A DNA stretch of 34,318 nucleotides, from NCBI GenBank assembly GCA_002763085.1, contig PFCY01000075.1, positions 1 to 34,318 of the forward strand, read 5' to 3'. This document shows, piece after piece, positions 24,618 through 33,265 of the stretch (positions are counted from its first letter, which is position 1; every line of letters begins with the position of its first letter). Made by a program: the position numbers and the translations under genes. This DNA comes from Candidatus Pacearchaeota archaeon CG10_big_fil_rev_8_21_14_0_10_32_14. GTDB lineage: Archaea > Nanobdellota > Nanobdellia > Pacearchaeales > GW2011-AR1. The notes under the pieces were generated by a model that made no database searches, was not told the DNA's origin, and saw only the letters and a list, made by a program, of their open reading frames with translations.

Positions 24618-25628
24618 ATGCGTAAAGCAAAAAAAGAGAGTGGACTTTCAGATGTTTACAAATTTATATTAATCATATTCCTAATATTTTTTATCGGATT
24701 TTTCTTAAATGAATCTTACAATATTGGCCTGATCGCACCGGCAGCAATATCAATTTTTGCAGGAATCTCATTTTTTTATCAATGGAAAAAAAGTTTTTTT
24801 AATTTTATTTTATTTTTCTTGACTGCAGTTTTTATTTTCATAGCAATTGAGATTAGTTTCAACTTCTTGATTTATATTCCATTAATAAGTTCTATAGTCT
24901 GTGCATATGCAGTTTCATACATCTATGACAAATCACCTAAGGACAAAACATACAATCTTCTCTTGCTTGTTGTTTTCATTGTTCTATGGATAATTCTAGC
25001 ATTTAACGTCAGCTACAGGGACGATTGGGTTATGGAAAACGTTATCAATGTTCCTTTTGTTATTTTATTGATCGTCATAAGTAGATGGTTCAAATTCTCT
25101 AAACTTTCATACAGCTTAATTTTTCTTTTTATGTTATTGAATATCATCGGAAGTCACTACACTTACGCCGAAGTTCCATTCGGTTTCTGGCTTCAAGATT
25201 ATTTTAATCAAAGTAGAAATCATTACGATAGGATCGTTCATTTCTCTTTTGGACTTTTGTTCGCTTATCCTATTAGAGAAATTTTTATGCGTATAGGAAA
25301 ATCAAAAGGATTCTGGGCGCTTTGGACGCCTATAGAATTAGTTTTAGGTCTAAGCGCAATTTATGAAATACTAGAATGGTGGATTGCGGTAATGTTTGGA
25401 GGAGACTTAGGAATTGCTTATCTCGGTACTCAAGGAGACATCTGGGACGCGCAATGGGACATGTTTTTAGCAGGTTTAGGAAGTATGATTACTATTTTTA
25501 TTGTCCTCGCAGTTTTATTAATATTCAAATACAAAGACTATCTTAAAGAATTGAAAGAGAGTTTCAAAGTAAATAAAAAACCACTTGGTGAAAAAGCTTT
25601 AGAAAAAATTCAAAGAAGAAAAAGATAA
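24618..25628 (+). CDS. DUF2238 (YjdF-like) integral membrane protein with extra N-terminal TM region
   Basis: 336 aa. GSHYTYAEVPFGFW, RNHYDRIVHFSFGLL, YEILEWW, YLGTQGDIWDAQWDM are DUF2238 hallmarks. Confidence 0.7.
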   Translation: MRKAKKESGLSDVYKFILIIFLIFFIGFFLNESYNIGLIAPAAISIFAGISFFYQWKKSFFNFILFFLTAVFIFIAIEISFNFLIYIPLISSIVCAYAVSYIYDKSPKDKTYNLLLLVVFIVLWIILAFNVSYRDDWVMENVINVPFVILLIVISRWFKFSKLSYSLIFLFMLLNIIGSHYTYAEVPFGFWLQDYFNQSRNHYDRIVHFSFGLLFAYPIREIFMRIGKSKGFWALWTPIELVLGLSAIYEILEWWIAVMFGGDLGIAYLGTQGDIWDAQWDMFLAGLGSMITIFIVLAVLLIFKYKDYLKELKESFKVNKKPLGEKALEKIQRRKR

Positions 25629-25675
25629 TTTTATACTATACATATTCTTTTAAATAATTATATCTATAGGTTATT

Positions 25676-26020
25676 ATGCAAACCAACTTTTATCACTCAC
25701 CATTAAGCTTAGAAGATATGTTCAAAGATTTAGCGGAAAAAAATAAAATTAGTTGTTTTTCTCTTCCAGTCTTCAAGCAAAGCCCAGACCCGATCTTCTA
25801 CGAAAATCCTGCACTTCTCAATGTTCATGATTTTGAAAGGATTTCAACTCTTCCAGTAAATCAATTAAAAGACGGATTCAAATTCTCTAGAATGGGAAGA
25901 AAATCTGAAAACGTAGTCGGAATTTCATCTCTTGTTGAATACGATCGCCCAGGAAATGAGGGTCATATGAGACAATTAGATCTTGATTTTAGCGGAGATA
26001 TTGAAAACGGTTTGAGATGA
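25676..26020 (+). CDS. archaeo-eukaryotic primase (PriS-like) N-terminal fragment with motif I
   Basis: 114 aa. SSLVEYDRPGNEGHMRQLDLDFSGD resembles PriS (S.A.Y..P....M....LvFDlD.D, the DxD metal motif). Stop overlaps the next start (ATGA). Confidence 0.55.
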   Translation: MQTNFYHSPLSLEDMFKDLAEKNKISCFSLPVFKQSPDPIFYENPALLNVHDFERISTLPVNQLKDGFKFSRMGRKSENVVGISSLVEYDRPGNEGHMRQLDLDFSGDIENGLR

Positions 26021-26286
26021 TGCGAATTGTATTTGACGATCTCTTTCCAAAAAAAGAAAAGGAAGGTTATGTAGTATTTTCAGGTCGTGGTTATCATTTT
26101 TACGGAAATGGTTTGATGGATCAAAACCAGTGGCATGATTGGATCCAAAGAGCCAGAGAACAGGGAGATGTAGAAAAGAAATGGTGCGACATCCAAATGA
26201 AAAGAGGATATTCTATTTTGAGATTGACAAATTCATCTCAGAAAATATTTGAACCAAAAGTTCTTTATCGTGTTAATAGATATTAA
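26017..26286 (+). CDS. archaeo-eukaryotic primase (PriS-like) C-terminal fragment with motifs II and III
   Basis: 89 aa. VVFSGRGYHFYG (the sGxGxH motif) and CDIQMKRGYSILRLTNSSQK (D...lRlpgS.n.K-like). Confidence 0.6.
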   Translation: MMRIVFDDLFPKKEKEGYVVFSGRGYHFYGNGLMDQNQWHDWIQRAREQGDVEKKWCDIQMKRGYSILRLTNSSQKIFEPKVLYRVNRY

Positions 26287-26295
26287 TATATTGTA

Positions 26296-26309
26296 AAATT
26301 TTAAAAACC
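26296..26309 (+). promoter_or_regulatory. TATA box (aaattttaaaaacc)
   Basis: Centred about 26 nt upstream of ATG 26328. Confidence 0.5.
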
Positions 26310-26327
26310 TCTAGTTTAATTATTTTC

Positions 26328-26678
26328 ATGATAAACCCCCAAGATTATCCCATACTTCTCGCAGAAGACGATTCTCATTTAAGAAAAAAATTCGTTTCAC
26401 TCTTGAAGAACAGAGGTTTTAGACGAATAATTCAAGCGTGTGATGGATCCGAACTCTACAAAGCAGAAATTAATCTACGAGGAATTCAAAATCTTGTCAT
26501 CGTCTCAGACACATTGATGGAGAATGAAAAAGAATGGAAGATAAGAGATAATCTCCCCGAACATCTTCTAACATATCGAGCAGGTTGGAAAACTCAAGAA
26601 TCTGTGAGAGTTAAGACTTACAAGATGCTAGGACATATGATAAACTATCTTTTGATTGGAGGAGAAAATGAAAAGTAA
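26328..26678 (+). CDS. stand-alone receiver (CheY-like REC) domain protein
   Basis: 116 aa. ILLAEDDSHLRKKFVSLLKNRGF..IIQACDGSE fits the REC N-terminus, with candidate phospho-acceptor Asp in LVIVSDTLM. The C-terminal half is divergent. Confidence 0.55.
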   Translation: MINPQDYPILLAEDDSHLRKKFVSLLKNRGFRRIIQACDGSELYKAEINLRGIQNLVIVSDTLMENEKEWKIRDNLPEHLLTYRAGWKTQESVRVKTYKMLGHMINYLLIGGENEK

Positions 26679-27339
26679 AGGAACTGTTCTCATTGCCGGA
26701 ACAAACGAGAAGTCCATTGGAAGAATGATTGCCAAAAGATTACATGATGAAGGATATGAAATCTGGCTTTACGGAAGAAGTGCTAAAAAGATAGAGGGGA
26801 ATAATTGACATGAAAGAGCTTATGATATTACAAGCAACTCTTTGAATTCCCTTTCTCTAGAAATCCAAACTCCAGATATAATAATTTTCTCTGCAGATTC
26901 TGGAACGGGGAAGGGAAATCTTGAAAATATTTCAAAAGAAGATATAAGAAAATTTATAGAAAGTAAGATTATCGGAAGTTTAAATTTATTAAAAATGATT
27001 CTCGATAAAGATCCAGAACGAAAAATAATTGCTATTTGGTTGAGTCGATCGATCACTAGTAAACCAAAACATTTAATTTTATATTCGTTAGTGAATGCTG
27101 GACTTAAATCTTTAGTTACAGAATTAAATACATTTTATGGAAATATTCTCAATGCTTATTATCTTGAAACGCCATTAGTATTGCCATCAACCCTCGGGGA
27201 TTCTTACATCAATAAATACGGAAATACGTCTAAAGTTGCACAAAGACCAGAAGAGGTTGCTAAAAGAGCGATAGAACTTATTAATAAAAAAGTTTCTCCA
27301 GGATTTATTCAATTAAAAAATAAAGAAATGAGGTTGTAA
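26668..27339 (+). pseudogene. SDR-family oxidoreductase interrupted by in-frame TGA
   Basis: MKSKGTVLIAGTNEKSIGRMIAKRLHDEGYEIWLYGRSAKKIEGNN*HERAYDITS...DIIIFSADSGTGKG...SKEDIRKFIESKIIGSLNLLK. The TGA at 26806-26808 is in the same frame as ORF 26842-27339 (checked codon by codon). Confidence 0.6.
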
Positions 27340-27342
27340 AAA

Positions 27343-28191
27343 ATGAAAAATTCGGAAAATATCACAAGAAAAAAGTTTAATTCATTAAAGAAATATTATG
27401 ATAAAACTTGGGATGAAAAAAATCATACTTTGCATGTAGGTTATTTTGAGAATGGAGCAAAATCTCTCCAGAAAGCATATAAGGATGCCACATTAAATTT
27501 AATTGAAAAAATAAATAGAGTGTCAGAGATAAAAGAGAGTTCAATTGTTTTAGATATAGGTTGCGGAACAGGAAGAACTCTTGCAGACATATGTAAAAAG
27601 TATGGTTGCAGAGGAGTAGGAATTGATTTGAGTGACGAAATGATTAAAGACGCTAAACAGCACCTTAATGTTTTAAATAGAAATACTGGGAACAAAATAA
27701 ATATCAAATTTATTAGGGCTAGTGGAAGTGACTTAAAAAAGACATTCAAACAAAAAGAAATCTTTACTCATATAATAAGCCAAGATGCGCTTTTTCTAGT
27801 AAACGATAAAAAATCTTTGTATGAAGGAATTGGAAAACTTCTTGTAAAGGACGGTGCTTTTGCAATTGATGATTTCTTATCAGAAAAAAATAAAGAAACG
27901 CTTAAAGAAAATGATAAAAAATTAGTTTACAATCTTGTTAATTGGTCCGAAGGATTATCGTTTGAAATATATAAGAAAGTGTTAAACTCCAACAATCTTG
28001 AAGTGACCTACTCGGAGAATATGAAAAAAGATATAATAATTACCTATAAGCTACTTTCAAAAAAGATGGAAAAGTATCTAGCCTCTAAAGATGTTCATTA
28101 TATAACTCTCTATGAAAGATATATGGCGATTGTCAAACAAGTTAAGAATAATGAGATGGGCTGGGGAATTTTTATAGGAATTAAAAGATAG
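27343..28191 (+). CDS. class I SAM-dependent methyltransferase
   Basis: 282 aa. Motif I VLDIGCGTGRT, GIDLSDEM. gaggt RBS-like sequence upstream. Confidence 0.85.
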   Translation: MKNSENITRKKFNSLKKYYDKTWDEKNHTLHVGYFENGAKSLQKAYKDATLNLIEKINRVSEIKESSIVLDIGCGTGRTLADICKKYGCRGVGIDLSDEMIKDAKQHLNVLNRNTGNKINIKFIRASGSDLKKTFKQKEIFTHIISQDALFLVNDKKSLYEGIGKLLVKDGAFAIDDFLSEKNKETLKENDKKLVYNLVNWSEGLSFEIYKKVLNSNNLEVTYSENMKKDIIITYKLLSKKMEKYLASKDVHYITLYERYMAIVKQVKNNEMGWGIFIGIKR

Positions 28192-28252
28192 TTAATTAAG
28201 TGAAAAGAGCACTTGACCGTCAAATTTTGGGAAGTAATTTTTAGTAGAAAAT

Positions 28253-29056
28253 TTAATACAAAACATTTATTCCGTTAATATCGCCAACTTCTAAAGTTTG
28301 TTTATTAGTCTCACCGAAATCTGCATAACCATACATTGTCTGATCTGAGCATGAAGTATCATAAAGATCATCCATTCCAAAACTATGTCCTAATTCATGC
28401 GTTGCAATATTATCGTAATCCATTCTTCCAGCCTGACCACTTAAAGACCAAGAATAATCGTTTTGATCAAACACTTGATCGTATTCAACTATCTGTCCGA
28501 GATTATTGACGTCAAAACGTGTTGCCCAAACTATCGTGACCGCAATTGCGCCAGGCGATTTAACATTCCCAAAATAAACTTCATTTTTACCATCTGGTCT
28601 TCTAGAATCTGCTGTTAATCTTTTAGTTGTTGATGTTCCAACACCAATGATCTCAAGCGGAGTCGTTAAAACGTTTTCCCATTTTGAGACGTCAGCATTA
28701 TGATGTGAAACTATAGATGCTTTATCAAGCCCCCAATTATTATTAGGATTAACCAAATAGTTTTCTTTAGTTGTCCATTTTGCTCCCATAAGCCCATAAC
28801 ACTCACTTGAATTTATAGAACTCGTTGACGAAACTAAGCCATTAGGATTTGAATATTTAACAAAAGCGTAACCTTTAACATCATTCCCGTTCACATCTTT
28901 AGAATGTCCTAAATAAAATACTCCTGAAGCAACTTCAATAGCATTTTCAGGTAAAGAGACACCATCAGGAACATTTGATTGTGTTGGAAGGGCTGTGACA
29001 AAAACAACACTTACAAATAAGATAGTAATCATCATGCCAATCATTATTTTCTTCAT
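28253..29056 (-). CDS. secreted metzincin-type zinc metalloprotease (matrixin-like)
   Basis: 267 aa. Signal peptide, HELGHSFGMDD (HExxHxxGxxD) and Met-turn-like QTMYGY. Confidence 0.8.
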   Translation of the reverse strand: MKKIMIGMMITILFVSVVFVTALPTQSNVPDGVSLPENAIEVASGVFYLGHSKDVNGNDVKGYAFVKYSNPNGLVSSTSSINSSECYGLMGAKWTTKENYLVNPNNNWGLDKASIVSHHNADVSKWENVLTTPLEIIGVGTSTTKRLTADSRRPDGKNEVYFGNVKSPGAIAVTIVWATRFDVNNLGQIVEYDQVFDQNDYSWSLSGQAGRMDYDNIATHELGHSFGMDDLYDTSCSDQTMYGYADFGETNKQTLEVGDINGINVLY

Positions 29057-29174
29057 AATAATTAACGATTATTAAAGTTTATATATTTTTCGAGCATTCA
29101 ATATTCTATATATTTATTACTATTGAGTTACACTAATACGTAAGTTTTATATACCTTAAAAATTATAATCAAAT

Positions 29175-29633
29175 ATGGTAAAAAATAAGCCAGTAACCAA
29201 AAAAACACAGATTCAGAAAAAAGATGTAATTTTAGATGTTGCTCTAATTGTAATGTATAAAGGTCGGGTTTTACTTGGTGAAAAAATGGCTTCTCGACAC
29301 GACGGAATTGTTTGGGACTTGCCAGGAGGAAAAAGAGAAGGTTATGAATCACCAATGGAATGTGGAATTAGAGAAACTTTAGAAGAAACGGGACTTGATG
29401 TTAAACTAATTGACCGACATTCCTGTGCAGAGACGTATGATGAATATGCTACTGGAAAAACAGAATCCACTCTAATTTATAGATCTAAACCAATTATTAA
29501 TTACGAACCAAGCACAATGGAAAAAAATAAATTTCTTCAATGGGCTTATTTCCCATGGAACGCTCTCCCAAAGAATAAATCATTATGTTTAAGAAATCTT
29601 AAAAAACAAAGATACGATCCATTTAAGAAATAA
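29175..29633 (+). CDS. NUDIX hydrolase
   Basis: 152 aa. Nudix box GGKREGYESPMECGIRETLEETG. Confidence 0.9.
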   Translation: MVKNKPVTKKTQIQKKDVILDVALIVMYKGRVLLGEKMASRHDGIVWDLPGGKREGYESPMECGIRETLEETGLDVKLIDRHSCAETYDEYATGKTESTLIYRSKPIINYEPSTMEKNKFLQWAYFPWNALPKNKSLCLRNLKKQRYDPFKK

Positions 29634-29646
29634 TTCTTTAAAATTT

Positions 29647-30321
29647 ATGTTAAATACTTTTTTAAACAGACTATTTTATTATTTATCTATGGATATAAAT
29701 CAATCTCAAGTTGAAGTCTGGAATTCAATCGCACCAGAATGGCACGGCTTCAAAGTCCATCCTTCCCAGCATGTAAAACAATTTTTGGAAGATTTTAAGG
29801 GAAAAGAATTTAAAATATTGGATCACGGAAGCGGTTCAGGTAGACATATTCTTGACCTCCCAAAAAAATTTGAATCTGAATTATATTTCGTAGATTTTTC
29901 TAGTGAAATGATAAAACTTGCAAAAAAAAGAGCAAAAGAATCAAAACTAAAAAACATAAATTTCGATGTTGCAGATATTGCATCTCTCCCTTATGAAGAC
30001 AATTTTTTCGATGCTCTATTTTCTATAGCATCGATCCACTGTCAAAAAAAAGAACTTCAGGAAAAAACCGTTCAAGAGATTTATAGGATCCTTAAACCAG
30101 GCGGTAAGGCTTTAATTGAAGTGTGGAACAAACACTCAAATCGTTTCGAAAAACACAAAGGCCAAGAAAAAATGGTTAGATGGAGAGATAAAGGAAAACG
30201 ATATTACTATTTATTTGAAGAAAACGAAATCCATTCTATATTCGAAAAAAACAATTTAAAAATCATAAAAAAGTTAGAACATGGAGTTAATATCTCATTC
30301 ATTGTTGAAAAATCTAGTTAA
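29647..30321 (+). CDS. class I SAM-dependent methyltransferase
   Basis: Motif I ILDHGSGSGRH, YEDNFFDALFS, LKPGG. The real start is possibly ATG 29689 (MDINQ), which has a TATA-like tttttaaac about 25 nt upstream. Confidence 0.85.
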   Translation: MLNTFLNRLFYYLSMDINQSQVEVWNSIAPEWHGFKVHPSQHVKQFLEDFKGKEFKILDHGSGSGRHILDLPKKFESELYFVDFSSEMIKLAKKRAKESKLKNINFDVADIASLPYEDNFFDALFSIASIHCQKKELQEKTVQEIYRILKPGGKALIEVWNKHSNRFEKHKGQEKMVRWRDKGKRYYYLFEENEIHSIFEKNNLKIIKKLEHGVNISFIVEKSS

Positions 30322-30599
30322 ACATTGTCCTCATCAACTTCAAATTCAATCTCTTCACAATTATAAGGAAGTAATTCTTCTTCAATATCAAAATCTCCGC
30401 AACAATAATTTTTTGGGACTCCACCCCTTACCATCCAGCTTTTTGAAGTTACATAGTTAACCTTTTTTCTTGATTCTTCACATAAAGGAATAACAAAACC
30501 CATCTCTGGTGATAAAGTTGTTTCATGCTGAATAAAAGAAAATAAATCTTTCATAAAGTAATTTACTTCATTAAGATTATAAAGTTTATTGTTCTTCAA
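30318..30599 (-). CDS. hypothetical protein (acidic, Cys-containing C-terminus)
   Basis: 93-aa ORF with a 4-nt overlap with the upstream ORF 30596-30820. No family recognised. Confidence 0.45.
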   Translation of the reverse strand: MKNNKLYNLNEVNYFMKDLFSFIQHETTLSPEMGFVIPLCEESRKKVNYVTSKSWMVRGGVPKNYCCGDFDIEEELLPYNCEEIEFEVDEDNV

Positions 30600-30820
30600 T
30601 CATCAACAGTTCCTCTAAAAAAATCCACTCCCGGATCCCCATAAAAATCTTCTCCGATATATTTTTGTAATCCACCAATATAAGCACTTAAATTAAATTT
30701 ATCAGGAAATTTTCTCTTTGGATCATCTACATGCTCGACATTATGTTCAATATACCGCCTCTGATTTATTGGATAAGTCGGTCGTCTATACTTTTTTTCA
30801 GTTTCATGCCTTCTATCCAT
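30596..30820 (-). CDS. hypothetical protein
   Basis: 74-aa ORF with a basic N-terminus. Translationally coupled to 30318-30599. Confidence 0.45.
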   Translation of the reverse strand: MDRRHETEKKYRRPTYPINQRRYIEHNVEHVDDPKRKFPDKFNLSAYIGGLQKYIGEDFYGDPGVDFFRGTVDD

Positions 30821-30863
30821 AAATGAATATAACCTATTTATTTATAAAAATATCTTTTTATTA

Positions 30864-31439
30864 CTACTTTGATTTTCTGAGCATATCAAAAAAACTTTTC
30901 TTCTCAAAAAACAAAACTTTCCCGCCACCATCATTCGCATCTTCAATGATAACTTTCAAAATTCCAAGCCCGGATATGAACACAGTGCAGATATATTTCT
31001 CAACTTCGCCAGAACCTGTCTGTCTTTGCAAAACCATTAGAATTTTTTGAATTTTATTTGTAATATTCTTTTTATCCATTTCTTCTTGGATCAATCTTTG
31101 AATTTCGTCAAACTCAATTGTAGATTTTGCAGTAATCTTTGGCGGATTTTTTATGAAATCTGGAATTTCTTCAAATTTTACGTCTTTCATATCCATTTTT
31201 TGAAGTTGCTCAAGTTCAATTCCATTTTCAAGTTTAAAACTCCACCACGTTCCGAGTTCATCTTTCGTTTTCAGTGTCGTAGGCACAAAAAAATCAAGAT
31301 GATATTGATTGTTCTTCTCTTTTCCTTCTATATCAACAGTGATGAAACAAGACGTCAAATATGATTTAGGATTTTCTTTCTTGAATTTTTTGAATTCATC
31401 ACTTCCTTTTAACTTTTCCAAAAAAAATTGTATGTTCAT
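30864..31439 (-). CDS. hypothetical protein
   Basis: 191-aa ORF. No family recognised. Confidence 0.5.
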   Translation of the reverse strand: MNIQFFLEKLKGSDEFKKFKKENPKSYLTSCFITVDIEGKEKNNQYHLDFFVPTTLKTKDELGTWWSFKLENGIELEQLQKMDMKDVKFEEIPDFIKNPPKITAKSTIEFDEIQRLIQEEMDKKNITNKIQKILMVLQRQTGSGEVEKYICTVFISGLGILKVIIEDANDGGGKVLFFEKKSFFDMLRKSK

Positions 31440-31498
31440 GATTCAACTAGAAAAATGAAGTTTATAAGAATTTGTGATATATTTGAAAAATTAGTTTT

Positions 31499-31759
31499 TT
31501 ATTTTGAATGCAAATCCAAATTATACTCGTTTGCAGATAAATAAATTCTTTTAATTCGTGATACAATCTCATCTTTAAATTGTCTATAATTCATAGAGGA
31601 CATTCCATCCACCTCAACAAATTCATTGTTTGACAAACCACATAATTGTTCTAAAGCACCAATATCATTCATAACAACATTAAATTTAGTTGAATCCTCA
31701 TCACTATAGGAATGAATCCAAGCTAAAGTACTTCCGTTGAATCTAAGAGCATAACTCAT
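31499..31759 (-). CDS. hypothetical protein
   Basis: 86-aa ORF. No family recognised. Confidence 0.45.
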   Translation of the reverse strand: MSYALRFNGSTLAWIHSYSDEDSTKFNVVMNDIGALEQLCGLSNNEFVEVDGMSSMNYRQFKDEIVSRIKRIYLSANEYNLDLHSK

Positions 31760-31813
31760 AATTTGATGAACACTATAAATTATTTAATCTATCTCAAGAA
31801 AAATCATTTCGTT

Positions 31814-31863
31814 CTCATCGTCCCGTCGAACATAAAGCCATGACGGATGTCTGGCTTGAAGCT
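31814..31863 (+). repeat. Cassette-junction repeat R1
   Basis: 31824-31863 is identical (40/40) to 33266-33305. ctcatcgtcccg (31814-31825) recurs at 33891-33902. Hairpin aagcca/tggctt. Confidence 0.85.
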
Positions 31864-31914
31864 CCATTAATAAGCTCACGACTTTGGAGTAAGCATGATA
31901 TTTAATCTCACCAA

Positions 31915-32163
31915 TTATATAGAAACAGTAATGGGTAGCCTAAGATTAATTTTCTCAAGAACTTTCTTTAATATAACTGCTCTTTTCTTGAAATCTAAAA
32001 TACCAACATTTTTTATATCTTTAGTTTCTATATCTCGTGTTATAAAAATTCCAGATTCAATTTCTTCAGTTATACCTTCTTGAGCAGATAATCCAAAGGA
32101 AACTTCTAAGAAATCCCCTTCTTCATCATAATACACCTCATAAGTATTAAATTCTTCTTTCAT
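31915..32163 (-). CDS. DUF2283-family protein
   Basis: 82 aa. YEVYYDEEGDFLEVSFG...NVGILDFKKR fits the DUF2283 pattern. Confidence 0.65.
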   Translation of the reverse strand: MKEEFNTYEVYYDEEGDFLEVSFGLSAQEGITEEIESGIFITRDIETKDIKNVGILDFKKRAVILKKVLEKINLRLPITVSI

Positions 32164-32189
32164 TTCCTCTCTGTCACTTCCTTCTTAAT
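32164..32189. repeat. 26-nt box forming the 5' UTR/RBS of the DUF2283 gene
   Basis: ttcctctctgtcacttccttcttaat is identical to 33184-33209. On the minus strand it reads ...GGAAGTGACAGAGAGGAA-ATG. Confidence 0.75.
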
Positions 32190-32197
32190 CATTTCTT

Positions 32198-32437
32198 CTA
32201 AGAAGTTATATTAACATTTGCAGGAAGATGGATTTTTATTTTATTCATGTCTTCAAACCCGCCTCTCTTTAGAAAATTAAAAATCTTGTAACCCTTGAGT
32301 TCATTTGTTTTTTCATCTCTTGCTTCGTATAAATCATCATCAACTTCATCAAAAATACAGGATGAAGATTCTCCAATAGTTATCTCTAAAATATCCGCTT
32401 CAATATCATAATATATATCTAATTTCTTATTATTCAT
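32198..32437 (-). CDS. DUF2283-family protein (putative antitoxin partner)
   Basis: 79 aa. LDIYYDIEADILEITIG...LKGYKIFNF. 4-nt overlap with the upstream toxin-like ORF. Confidence 0.7.
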   Translation of the reverse strand: MNNKKLDIYYDIEADILEITIGESSSCIFDEVDDDLYEARDEKTNELKGYKIFNFLKRGGFEDMNKIKIHLPANVNITS

Positions 32438-32739
32438 CGTTTTTTTATCCTTCGAGTTATAAATGATGTAGTAATAAAACCATCGCCATTTAAATATTTA
32501 ACTGCAACGAGCAAATATTGTTTCCTTTCCTTGAGAAACTTATAATAATTTGCTTTCATATCATCATACTTATTACATACTATAACCTCAGGTTTTTCTA
32601 AAGTTTGTTTAACTTCTTCTAGATAATTTGTAATATAAGGATGTAATGATTCTGGGGAAGTTATATGACCCCATCTTTCTTTCGTCAATCTTATTTTTCT
32701 CCCAGTTTTATCAAGAATCTCAAAAACATTTTCAGACAT
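32434..32739 (-). CDS. toxin-like small protein paired with DUF2283 (DUF4258/RelE-barnase-like, unverified)
   Basis: 101 aa. IRLTKERWGHITSPESLHP and C-terminal LLVAVKYLNGDGFITTSFIT. Paralog of 17120-17398. Gene order is toxin-like then DUF2283 at both loci. Confidence 0.55.
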   Translation of the reverse strand: MSENVFEILDKTGRKIRLTKERWGHITSPESLHPYITNYLEEVKQTLEKPEVIVCNKYDDMKANYYKFLKERKQYLLVAVKYLNGDGFITTSFITRRIKKR

Positions 32740-32815
32740 GTTAGAAAAAGATGAAAGGAGTTTATAAAAATTTGGGGAAGAAAAGAAATAAAAAGTTAAA
32801 AAACCTAAGTTCTTT

Positions 32816-33172
32816 ATGAAAAAGATTAAAATATATTCCCCGATTAAAACAAAGGAAACGAGAAAATATGCCTACTTTATTCTATTAGATATTCTTTTTC
32901 TATTTACATCTCTTTTATTCATAGGGACAATAATTCCCTTTTTTATTCTTGGAATGTTTTTTATCATTTATGGGTACTTGGAATTTAAAATAAGTACAGA
33001 ATTTTATAAGAAAGGTGTCATATATGGAAGCTTTATTGCTGTGCCAAGAAAGATTTATAAAAATAATGAGGAATTTAAAATGGCGCATAATAGAAGCTTA
33101 TCCTATAGTTTTTTAATTATATTATTTGGTTTAATTATAATCTCTTTTACTGTATGGAAATATATTGTGTGA
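32816..33172 (+). CDS. hypothetical membrane protein
   Basis: 118 aa with three predicted TM segments. Confidence 0.5.
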   Translation: MKKIKIYSPIKTKETRKYAYFILLDILFLFTSLLFIGTIIPFFILGMFFIIYGYLEFKISTEFYKKGVIYGSFIAVPRKIYKNNEEFKMAHNRSLSYSFLIILFGLIIISFTVWKYIV

Positions 33173-33183
33173 GAAACCTCTAC

Positions 33184-33209
33184 TTCCTCTCTGTCACTTC
33201 CTTCTTAAT
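33184..33209. repeat. Orphan copy of the 26-nt UTR box
   Basis: Identical 26-mer. On the minus strand no ATG or ORF follows (GGAAGTAGAGG...), so it looks like a relic. Confidence 0.75.
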
Positions 33210-33265
33210 TAAATCAATAAACTTTCACGCGCTCACATCCTAAATATATTTTTGTAGGATATTTT

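Noticed and set aside
26806-26808. Alternative genetic code (TGA = Trp or Gly), selenocysteine or pyrrolysine as the explanation for in-frame stops
   Set aside because: TGA terminates many well-supported genes at the expected ends (for example 373-1227, 1924-2673, 3259-4041, 4052-4693). All three stop codons occur in frame, one each or two. I noticed no SECIS-like element, and Pyl usage is restricted to lineages with pyl genes.
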